DNA of 64,000 bases, from assembly GCA_002189035.1 (NCBI GenBank), contig CM007989.1, positions 6,138,001 through 6,202,000 of the forward strand. Direction: 5' to 3'. Position 1 is the first letter of the stretch. The number at the start of each line of letters is the position of its first letter. The stretch is from Utricularia gibba. Lineage: Eukaryota > Plantae > Magnoliophyta. Of the stretch, positions 50,232-61,100 are shown one piece after another. The notes below the pieces were generated by a model that ran no database searches, was not told the origin of the DNA, and saw nothing but the letters and a program-made list of their open reading frames with translations. Made by a program: the position numbers and the translations under genes.

Positions 50232-53200
50232 TGTTGTGTGTCGTTTCCTCAACAAATTTTAAATGTATAAAACGTAAAACACAAAAAAGCGTAGTATGAA
50301 TATCGATCTCAAAGAGTTGTTTTTCGTGAAAAATATTTTGTAAGAAACTTCCACAAAATGTCACGGTTTTGTAAAAGGGGGTTTGTGAAATGAAGAAATA
50401 AAAGTTACAACCTAAGTGATGGGTCTTGACTACGGGACACAGTTCCTGGGAATAGCATTCCATCTCCTTCCTTTGTCGATCCTCGCCTCGATTTTCACTG
50501 ATTTCTTCTGAATAGCTAGTTATAGGAGTAAGGAATAGTCTACTCTTCCTTACACTTTGATTGACAAGGAGGCACGGGAATTAACTCATGTGATTCCCCC
50601 TTGGACGATCAAGAAGATAAGAGGATTGTCGTCGATTGCCTTCAAAATCGAATTGTGCGCATGTGCCCAGCTGTTGCCAATTGCCAATGGCAGGCTTGAG
50701 GTCACAACCTGTCGACTATCGCGGTACCTAGGCCACAAACAATCCGCTACTTCCCTCGAACCGGTAGGGTTGGAGTTAGTGCTCTTCATCTTGATTTTCA
50801 CCAAAATCCATGAGGAGTGGCATGCTACTCATGACCCTAACTAGGAGTCGTTACAGAAAGACTGCAACAAAATGCGTAGAAGTATGCAAAATCCAAAATG
50901 AATTTAGCAAAGAACCGAGTATATTGCTCAAGACTTGAAAGGAAACTTTATCTACTCTCAGAAACTAAAGAGTTTTAACCCAAAAGAGCCATGAAAAAAA
51001 AACAAAAAATGGAAGCTAAGTGTTCTTCCTCCTTGGAGGGAGGAAGAACTCAAAAGTTTTAAGTACAAAGAGGAAAAATGTCAAAAGCCTAAAGTTGAAA
51101 AGTCCAAAAATGAGTCCTTCCCATCATTTATTTTGTCTTGCGTACGCCACTAGCTTTTCTTTGCGTGCAAGTTAGCGTTGAATCATTAGTGCAGATTCTG
51201 ACATGCCGTAATATAGAGGCCTTGACCAATATCAATCTTCCACCCACAATTGTTCCAAGTCGCATACAACGCACGAAAAGTCAGGGACTAACCTCCTGCA
51301 ATACTCCTTTTAACACTCTACAATTACTTCAATTATTTTCCTATTCTTCAATCAAATTAAGGCAAGCAACTCAAATTCGCATGCATTAGATAAAGACTTG
51401 ACCAATGACTACTTATACACTAGCATCATCAAGGTAAAAACAGCAAAGAACATATACTATAATGACTCAATACCTTTTTCTCTCTTTTTTTTTTTCAGAT
51501 AGAGGTCCCCGCTTTGGGAAAGAATATTTGGATTACGAAACCTCATGTGTGGTGTTAACCACGATTTCGCCAAACATCCTTACCTTTGGCACCCCTTGTA
51601 TTTTTTTTTTCTTTTTTTTCATATATTATTATTATTATTTTCAATCTAAGTCTTATCACTATTGGAGCAGCAAAAATTTATTCACAACATAATATATACA
51701 AGGATTGAAAATGTAATCATAGTCACGGTATAATCTTTCCTAAAACATGCAACAAGGAAATAATCATGGTCAATCCTAAAATTCTAGCTTGATACCTAGA
51801 AAGAAAAATAATTGAAGTATTTTCTTACAGCAAGGAATTTATGAACCTAAACATGATCAATCCTAAAATTCTAGTCTTATTCATGGAATCAAATGTACTT
51901 GAGGAGCATAATGGGGATTTTTCACAAACAAAAACAAAAAAAAAATTCAAAACATAAGCATGAAAACAGAAAAAAATTCAACATAAAATAACAAAAAATA
52001 AAATGAGACGTAAACTCCTCCCCCACACTTAATTTTGAGGATGTCATTATCATCAAGTGCAGCGCAGGATACCTTAGTCATGGGGCATTTCAGACTGTGA
52101 AGCAGTAGCCATGAGAGTGTCTAGTTTCGTGGAAATCGCAGAAACTTGTTCCAGGAGACTTTGAATAGCTAGTAGTAGGATATGTTTGGTGGGGCTTGAT
52201 GGTGCAGTGCTCAAAAGAATGTCTGTTGGTGCATCATAGGGATTTACAATTTAGGGGGGCATGGAAGTGATGGTACTCTTGATACCCGCTTGCACAAAAA
52301 CGGCCTTCCCCTCAACCTCCTTTAGGTAGCTACAAGAAAACAAGTCATCTAAATCCAAATAACGAAAATGATTGTCTACCTAAGTGGTCTGTTTTTCCAG
52401 GTTCACTTTCAAGTGTTGGGCAAGCTTGGTGATGAGAGAAGTGAAGGGGAGCATCCTCTCATTTTTTGCGGTGATGGAATGCATTTGAGTTGTAATCCAC
52501 CATCCTAAATTGATGAGAAGCTTCTTCATCATCGCCCATAGAAAGAACATGATCATCTTGGTAATGATGCTGGTGTCTTGTCGGGTTGCGCTTTAACAGC
52601 CTCCCAAATACCTGTTCAACACTAAAAGAGCAAGGGCCCTCAAGTAATGAGCCTTGAGTTTGCATACAGAATACGGGGGTTCATAGACCGAGATGGAAGC
52701 ATAGACATTCAGTACATTAAAATGCTCAGGATAATCACAAAATGCTTGGGAGGTAACGAGTAGTGGCTAAATCATATTCAGAAACAAAGCCTAAAGCCAC
52801 ATTAAAATCATTGATAGACATACGAAATTTTTTACCACCAAGGCGAAAAGGAATCAAGTCCTCAACAAGGGGATTACCAGCCACATCCTCAAACAAAAAA
52901 GTTGTATAAAATTCAAAAACAAGTTTGGGATATACCAACAAGCTAATTTTAGAAAATTTATGCCACTCAAGTAGAGATGAAAGTTGGGCCGAACCGAGAC
53001 GACCTGACCCTATTTTAGAGGGCCTCGTCATGTTTCGGCTAGGGCTGGGCTAAAGCCCGATTACATAAAAATATGATTAGCATGGCCCTAGCACGATTAT
53101 TCATTGGGCATATCATGTAATAAATAAAAAATTTTAAAAAATTATTAAACATTAATATACATTTTAATATTATTAAAATAATTTATAGAAAAAAATTTTA

Positions 53201-53710
53201 AATTATTAATTCATATTATCTATTCTAAAAATAAAATAATGCATATAAAATGAATTTTAATTATTAAAAATTAAAAATAATTATAATTATCATATACAAA
53301 AATCATATTTTTAAATTGGCCCTAGACCCATCGGGCTTTAAGGCCCAAAGCCCAATCGGACCTAAGGGCTTAAGGCTTCGGGCCAAAAAGCCCGACAATC
53401 TTTCGGGTCATCAATGTATAAGCCCAAGACTGATGTTTTTTAGGGCTGGGCCGGGCCGACCCATGGGCTTGGACTTTAACTTTCATCCCTACACTCAAGG
53501 GGAAGCATCAAATAAACGGTTAATATCAGTAAATAGATTCAGATGATCCAAAAAGAGTCGATTTTCTTTACTAACACCTGAGGAGATCGACCAGCATTTT
53601 ACGGCCTTGAGAAGGTTATCGACAAAGTGCTTCATATGTGGATACCATAGAGGTCTTCTCTTGTTGGCGGTTAGTGAACAACGGAATCCATTGAAAGGTA
53701 TTGTCAATAT
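50232..53710 (-). mobile_element. 3' part of an Athila-type element: env-like/ORF1-type accessory ORF, PPT-like tract and family C 3' LTR (50232-51310)
   Basis: LTR matches 8194-8950; YPKLVFEFYTT..FRLGGKKFRMSINDFNVALGF and LPFTSLITKLA are typical of the Athila ORF1/env-like protein; AAGTGTGGGGGGAG at about 52017-52031. Confidence 0.75.
52972..53491. mobile_element. Complete hAT-type MITE (520 bp)
   Basis: TIRs TAGAGATGAAAGTT / AACTTTCATCCCTA, perfect 8-bp TSD CACTCAAG (52964-52971 / 53492-53499), GGGCC/GGCCC-rich subtermini, AT-rich core. Confidence 0.93.
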
Positions 53711-53793
53711 CTCTTTATCTTACGTATATCGTATTCTAAAATCTATGTTTGGGGTTTGTCGAAAATTTTTAAAATTTCGTTGCTTTTGTGACA

Positions 53794-54069
53794 TGTGATG
53801 TCTAGGAGAAACCTTACACATTCCTCATAAAAGTATTGTTTTACTTCAGGTATAATAGATATAAAGGATCTTGTGTATATTATGTTAAGACACTTGTTTG
53901 TTTAAATGTCTTTTTCATGCCCTCAAGAATTATGTCATTAAGCTCAAATTTGTGAGTTTAAATATCTTTTTCAGTCTTTCTTTTTCTATGGTCCATGTCC
54001 TTTTAATTCTCATTTCCTTCTTCCAATTAGCGAGATGTGCCCTATCATTAATTTTCATTAGATTCAACA
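53794..54069 (-). repeat. Short copia-type LTR-like fragment
   Basis: Begins TGTTGAATCTAATGAAAATTAAT like 45570; ends ...CATCACA. Confidence 0.5.
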
Positions 54070-54849
54070 ATGCCCAATAGCTTTCATACAAGATTATCAA
54101 TTGTGGACCACGTGAGTGATCAATAGATGTTTTACATTTCTCAGCGACATGAGTTAGAAGACTTATTCCAAGAAGTGGAGAGTGACATCTACTTTGATTC
54201 ATCACAGACCTGGTTCATGATAATTGAACATCCCACAAAATCAATTAGGTTCCATCAAGTATTTTTAAGAGATTTCGATTCAATTCTACTTTGATTCATT
54301 TTCTATCTGGTTTAGATAATATGCACTACTAAATAATAATGCAACACCCACAAACAATTAGAAATAAGCATAAAAATATATTATTTAAATTTATGTATTT
54401 TAATTAGAAACATAAATAAACTATTGAAAACTAATCCTCAATATTTCAAAACTGGATATCCACTATTTTCAAATATGGTGAAATTGATTCCTAATCTAAA
54501 ATCCTATTTTTTTCTAATTCCATTTATTACCAATACCAATCACTGACTACTACTCAACAATGTTGATGACACTCACTACATGATTGTTCGTCATCCAATC
54601 ATTCCACACCCTGAAAATGGAGAATGCTAATGACACTCAATGCATGATTTCCTATCTAGAAAGTTGACAAGTTGTTGGTAGCTTATGTAAATCAAATATC
54701 TTCGTTCATTATCCAATGCCATTTGCAATTCAACAAATGTTGGAGTTAAATTGAGTTTCTCTCTTTTTCTTCCTTTTCCAATAAAGCTTTCATTAGAGGT
54801 TTCAAATGAGCTACATCAGCATTAGTGAGGTTTGAAAACAAATCAACAA

Positions 54850-57460
54850 GTAAAAATCTCAATTCTCTAAATGTTTAATGAATTGTTTGAGATATAGAAG
54901 ATTGATTTGAATATCCATCAATTGCCTCTCTACAAGAACATAGTTGAGTGTGATTAGCTTTTCCTTGATCTAGTTTCTCTTTGCATAAAATTTTATTTGA
55001 GTATGTTTCGTTCTTCCAAAGAAATATTGTCACATGCTTGTCTATTTGAATATTCAAGTCCTTTTATAGTTTGTGTACCCACAATGTAACTTGATGCACC
55101 TGCTGGGTCTCAAATGAAAATTGTAGAACCATCGTTTTTTCTTATTGTTCAAAGTAGATGTATAAACACTCATCATGAAGAGATATCCACTTATAGACTC
55201 GTATCCATGCTATCACTTGCATGGTTGTTATCATAATATACTTGTACACATGATGGCACACCTTTTTTGTAGACAAATCATATTTCCCTTGTGGTATTTA
55301 AATACTCTTCCAAGTGTTTAGCCAGATGATTAACCATGAATTGGAATAATAGCTTGACATCAAATATAATATCTTATCTTATGGCTATTAAATACAAGAG
55401 TGATCCAATTAATTTAGGGCATAAATGTGTTTCTACATTATATCCATACTTGTAGAATTGCTTTCTAACCTCATGTGTAATGAATACGGAAGAACTTCAA
55501 GAGGTAACCATGCCAAGTATTTTTATTGAAAGATAATAATCTTTGAAGCTATTTACGTGACCTTCAATCCCAATAAATAGTACATAAGATCTAAATTAAT
55601 AATCTCAAATTTTCGTTTCATTTTTTTTCTTATTCACCAACTCCTCATTGCTCTTTTTATTAGTATGCTGTCTACATACAAAGATATAATAATTTTACTT
55701 GTACTATGTTATTCTTTAATATGTGCCAAGTAGCAGCATTCTCATTTTTGTGATATCCATATCTCAAGAAGCATTCATCTACCTTGTTGTACCATACATA
55801 AGGAGGTTGTTTCAAACAATATAGTGTTTTATATAACTTATACCTTTTGTCTTCTTGTCCTTTGAAGATAACCAACGTCGTGTGGTTGTTCAACAAATAT
55901 TTTTTCTATAAGAATTTCATTCAAAAAGGCTAACTTTATGTTTAGATGAAAAATATACCATCTATTGTATGTGATTAGAGCTATTAGCAGTTTAATTGTG
56001 TTGAGTTTGATATTAGGGTAAAAGTATTTTGATAATCTATTCCTTCTCATTTTTTCAAACCTTTTGCAACCAAAGGAGCTTTGACCTTGTTTATACTTTC
56101 ATCCGAAATTATTTTCATTTGTAGCATCCGTTTTGCTCCTATTTGTTTCTTGTTCTTGACTCTATCTACAAGAGTCCACGTCTTATATTTCTCATTGATC
56201 ATAAGCCCTCATTGATCATAAGCATGCATTTTTCTTGTTGAAAGGAAATAATTGATTTAAATCCTTTGATTTATGTGAACACGAGAAAATGAAGATTTGA
56301 CTTTCTTCGAGTCACCATTCTTTATTGGTATGTTTCAATATAGTCTGGTATTTACAAACAGATTTCAATCTTATCTACAGTTTCAGGGATAGAGAGCTTA
56401 TCTCAATATCCTTTCCCATTTTGTCTCTGAGTTCTTCATTGAAGAGATAAGTTTTATGGTCTAAATTCTTACTTCTAGTTCCATTTGTATTATTTGATTG
56501 GTTTTAATCAAATCCTACTCATAATTTCTTTTTTCATTTTTTCCTAGCTGGTCATTGAAAAGATTTTAAACACTTAGTTAACAAAGTGATTTGGCATGCT
56601 TTGTCAATGACTTCTATTGGATTCATAGACAAAAAAGCACTTGAGTTTTCTTTACTTTAAGGAGTTGGAGACCTGATTTCATTCTTAGTTAAGGGATCTC
56701 ATATCTGAATAATTTTTTCCTTTTCTAAATTTTGACTTGAATCGTCATAATCAATGTTAACAATGCTGCTACAAGTATAAGTATGCATAAGATCACACTT
56801 CCTGCATTATCTGAAAATGTGAATGAGACATAGTGAGCATAATAGTGAATTCCTTGCTTATTAGTTCTCCTATGCTTATTAAGTTGTGGGATGTCATAGG
56901 TACGTAGAACATATCTCTAATGCAAATGATTTTTGAGGGTGTCTCTAACATCTAAACCCTATGACCTAGAGAAGGTTTGATTATTCCATCGGTAATTTCA
57001 ATATTTCTAGAGATCAAAGAAGTGTAATTTGTAAAGATAGAGAAGTCATTGTTATATAGTTAATACAATTACTGTCCAAGATTTACTGATAAAAAAATCA
57101 TCAATATCCAACAACCAAGTCCAGTTTCTTTGGTTATTAGTTAAGCATGTAAGTAATGCATATTTTCTTAGCGTTAGTATGTTAACAAAAGGGTAAATTG
57201 CATCACTTTCCTTTTTCTCTATTGTTCATTTTCTAGTATTTTTAAGAGTGCATCTGTGAAAAGAGTGACATTGGAATTTCTGTTTTATCCCATTAATTGG
57301 TTATGAACATGAGCTGATACCTCCTTTTGAGGCTGCAAACGTTTTCTATATGTTCCTTTTGGTTGCAGAATGCACATATAACAGCTGGATTCTACCAACA
57401 AATTATATGGGGTATGCGAATTGATGATTTTGCAACAGCACCATAGAAGTATATCCTTTT
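54850..57460 (-). mobile_element. Heavily degenerate Ty1/copia internal region
   Basis: RT motifs LNTIKLLIAL..W.IFHLNIKLAFLN...IFVEQP and YKLYKTLYCLKQPPYVWYNKVDECF; RNase H- and integrase-like remnants. Confidence 0.7.
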
Positions 57461-57869
57461 GGGCATGAGAGGTAGTTGGAGAGATTCAACGAGCAAGTAG
57501 GCTTGCAAGTGATTTTCCTTTTTTCAGCCGGTAATATCCCATATAATTGTTTTTTTCACGAAATTCTTCCTCCTTCACAACCTACCAACCACCGGAAAAT
57601 TCACCAAATTCATCGTGAACCACATGCAGCGGACGTAAGCAGTAACCCAGAAAAGAAATGCGTGTGGGTGGCGTGAGGAATGCCACAGAATTTTGGGAAG
57701 GTTGGAGGAGGGGCTTTTGATTCACATGCAGCGCGTCAGCAGTGAGGAATGCTTGCCATCATCACGGCAAGTCAGAGCACGGCACTCAATATCCTCCTAA
57801 CCGTCTTTCCTTTTGTGCTTGCTTAACACGCAGACTCTTCAACCACCTACCACTTTTTCCTCAAGCATC

Positions 57870-57876
57870 TATAAAT
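57870..57876 (+). promoter_or_regulatory. TATA box of the small-protein gene
   Basis: CTATAAATA 60 bp upstream of the ATG at 57930. Confidence 0.6.
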
Positions 57877-57929
57877 ACACTGGCGCATCGCATTTGACGC
57901 TGCACCCAAATCTGATTTTTTCCGGTCCA

Positions 57930-58136
57930 ATGTCGACCTCCACCGCCGGCCTTGCGGAAGCATACGTGATGCGGAAGCTGTACAAGGAGAAGCTCGCCGA
58001 GAAGCCCTCGAAGCCTCCGCCAGAGGAGAGCCATTGCAGCCGCGGCGGCGATTTTCAGAAGAGTGCCGGAGGTTGCTTCTCCGGTTTACTGACGTTCAAG
58101 AAAATTCATCCCGCGAATTCCAGTTCCGGCTCTTGA
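57930..58136 (+). CDS. Intronless 68-aa uncharacterised small plant protein
   Basis: MSTSTAGLAEAYVMRKLYKEKLAEK...GGCFSGLLTFKKIHPANSSSGS*; GC-rich coding-like island, TATA box, good ATG context; N- and C-terminal blocks resemble a family of uncharacterised small plant proteins I cannot name. Confidence 0.75.
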   Translation: MSTSTAGLAEAYVMRKLYKEKLAEKPSKPPPEESHCSRGGDFQKSAGGCFSGLLTFKKIHPANSSSGS

Positions 58137-60351
58137 AGGGTGGAACTCCACTTTGGAATGACACGTATGTTAATTTAATTATTTAAAAATACTATAAAAT
58201 AAATATTTATATATTATAATAATCTCATTTTTCTTCCAAGTCAGGAAACCACCCTAAAAGCTCTTAGAAAGAAAAATTATCTCACATAGTTTACATATTA
58301 ACATGGTAGTCACCTTGTGATGTAAATTTTGTGCAATATGATATCAAGTTTGATTACCACTCCCGAGGCTTGCCCTCGATTCAGTTTAAATCCAAATTAT
58401 GTCACCTATGACTCATTTGATAATAAGCTTCAAGAGCTTATTTGTTATTATATTTTAATTTACACAAAACTGAATAATTTGAAAAAAATATATACATATG
58501 TTTTATGAAAAATGTTATTTAACTAAGAATTATTTATAAAAACGATTATAACTGGAGTTGTGTAAGATATTACCAAATCATTTTGTTAAATTACTTTTTA
58601 TAAATAATACTTAAAGATATGTACTATCTAAATATTACAAAAAAATACGTATAATTCAATTTTTAAAAAATATTATAAATTTTAAAGGGAATTTTAAAAA
58701 AATATATTGAAAATAAACAAACAAGAAATATAAGTGATGGTTGGAAGAGGAATTCCTTACAAGAAATACTTTGGCATTATGTGCTTCACTATAAATAAGA
58801 AAAAATGATTATCGACAAAAATAGTGTTGGATGTTGAGCTTGAATTGGTTTGCACCTGAAGCATTGTCATGGAATTTCCATGCCAAATGCATCCAAAAGC
58901 ACCCCTTCATCTTGACCATCGTGAGCTCATCCCACACACTGAGAAACGACACGTGGTCTGCATGGCTCATTCGTGTACTAGTGATTCTTATATACACTTT
59001 TGTGTGCATCAAATCATCAAGTTATTACATGGAGGGGATGTCTTATGATAACAGCTCTTCATCTTCACCATTGTCTTAATGTACATTTGGGCATTATTTC
59101 TTAATTTGGGAAAATCTAAACAGATTCATTATAATCGTTTTAAATCAAGTCATCCAATTTACATTTTTCAAGCTCTATTCCTTACTTAACTAAGCATCAT
59201 CTTATTATGTTCTTTAATATTTGATTTGATATTTAATTTCTTTTTCATAATTTTTTCTTTGCTAACGTGCTTTTAATTAACATAAAATCCTTAGGAAATG
59301 TGAAAAAAAATTCAGTAAATAATAAAAAAGATCAATCAAATATCGTTGTCAAAATACATTCGACTTAATCTGTCAATGAATATATGAGCTATAGTGATTA
59401 AGTTTGAATGTGGAAAAGACAAGAAATAACACAGTAGGCCAAACGGTTGTTGTAGTAAAATTAATTCTATAATCACGTAAACGAATAGATAGTATTATAA
59501 TGATTATCAAAGATAATTATTTTAAAATAACACTTTCAAAATTTGTATTAGATTCATACACACACAAATGGATAATTTTATGCATCGTGGAACTTTGATC
59601 CAAAGTTTGTATATTATATTATTTTAATACATATTTTTTCGTTTTAGTGTCATTTTCTTTTTTTTAAATTTGTTTCGAGAAAATATAAAATTATCAAATA
59701 TATGTGTAAATGATTTTTATTTATTATTTAAATAATTTTTTTATATTTACAGAATTACTATCACCTTAAACTAGTATTATCTGAATACTTAATTTTTATT
59801 TTGTTGCTGCTTTTTGCAATGACTCATAATAATGTTATAATTGAATAAATATATAAAAGGATTACAAATTTAAATTTTGTAATAATTTTAAATTGTATTC
59901 TAATTCTAGCATAAGATATTAATCGACTATAAACACCATTTATATACACATCAAAATAGAAATGCTTACGCACATTATAAACTTTTTTTTAAAAAAAAAA
60001 AGTAATATTCAAACATCGCCATCTACATTATTACTTGGTTCTAACAATGCTCTGTGCATTTTGAGGTCACTCTAAGGCACAAAATGGAGTAATCCAATTA
60101 TGGTGCTCATTCATTGCCTTTTGTTTTCATTTAAAACATGCTGTTTTCCCCCTTTTTTCAGTATTTAAAATTGCTCCTGCCCAACCCAATCCCGCAAAAT
60201 TTATTGAAGGCCTCGAATTACTTTCTCGTCTCTAGGATTCAAGCTTCTAGATGAACCTTCCATTCCGCTGTTTCACCAAGAGTTTTTATCTTCTCATGGG
60301 CACTTTGTATTGGGGTTATCATAGTAATTTCTCATGGTTCCTGATTACTAA

Positions 60352-60359
60352 TTACGTCA
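60352..60359 (-). promoter_or_regulatory. TGACGTAA (as-1/ocs half-site, TGA-type bZIP motif)
   Basis: TTACGTCA on plus, 460 bp upstream of the PROPEP-like ATG. Confidence 0.4.
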
Positions 60360-60617
60360 AGACCGAATTTTGTAATTAACGAAAATTATTGAAACTTAAT
60401 ATAACTCATTTTATATATTATAACTCATATTTGAAAACAAGATAACACTATAACCCTTGTTTTGAAATTATGCCCTTTGTAAACGTTTATAATAAAACAT
60501 AAGTTTTAATCGAAAGTGTTTGAAATTATTTTTATAGAAACATTCCAAATATATCGTAAACCATTAATGACACAACGAGCCTTTTTAATTTCAATGAAGG
60601 AAAGGCTTTCCTTAGAT

Positions 60618-60625
60618 CGACGTCA
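60618..60625 (-). promoter_or_regulatory. TGACGTCG (TGA-type bZIP motif)
   Basis: CGACGTCA on plus, 200 bp upstream of the PROPEP-like ATG. Confidence 0.4.
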
Positions 60626-60821
60626 GTTTTCCCACGTTGTCAAGTAAACTGGACTTACCATGTTTACCCTTGAGGATTAGAATTGTTACCCAACTCCCCA
60701 CTTTTTACTGCGCTATAATAACACTGTGAAAAGAGGAACGGTGGTGAGGTTCCAGGCAATTTAATCCCCTGCCACCCCCCAGCATTCAATTTCTCCACCA
60801 ACCGACACCAGAGCACGGCAA

Positions 60822-61100
60822 ATGGAATATGCAACTCCGGTGCAAGGCGCCGCGGCGGAGGCGGAGGCGGCAACAAACCCTCAACTCTTCATCTCTTCCT
60901 GCAGCCCATGCTGTAAATTCATCCGAGCAGTCCTCAAATGCCTCGGCTTCGACTCCGAACGGCACCCTGATTCTCCTCCGGAGATTATCTGTCAGCAGCC
61001 GGAGGATCCACCGACGGCAACTCTGGCGCGCCGGAGGCCCCCACGTCCGCCGATACAAAGTGGGGGCGGACCCCAGACGAACGCCAACCCCGCTGCCTGA
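60822..61100 (+). CDS. PROPEP: PROPEP-like plant elicitor peptide (Pep) precursor, 92 aa, intronless
   Basis: No signal peptide; PCCKFIRAVLKCLG block typical of PROPEP N-terminal regions; acidic/Pro linker; C-terminal ATLARRRPPRPPIQSGGGPQTN aligns with tomato Pep ATDRRGRPPSRPKVGSGPPPQNN. Confidence 0.8.
   Translation: MEYATPVQGAAAEAEAATNPQLFISSCSPCCKFIRAVLKCLGFDSERHPDSPPEIICQQPEDPPTATLARRRPPRPPIQSGGGPQTNANPAA

Noticed and set aside
8194-51310. Recurrent near-identical segments as a possible CRISPR-like or satellite array
   Set aside because: They are dispersed LTR copies with TG...CA termini and TSDs, not repeat-spacer arrays
45236-54069. 45236-45570 and 53794-54069 as the two LTRs of one copia element
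   Set aside because: Similarity limited to the first ~60-70 bp, no PBS, outer flanks ATAAA vs ATGCC are not a TSD
58868-58882. Hairpin CATGGAA-T-TTCCATG as a miRNA precursor
   Set aside because: Stem of only 7 bp; no extended foldback seen
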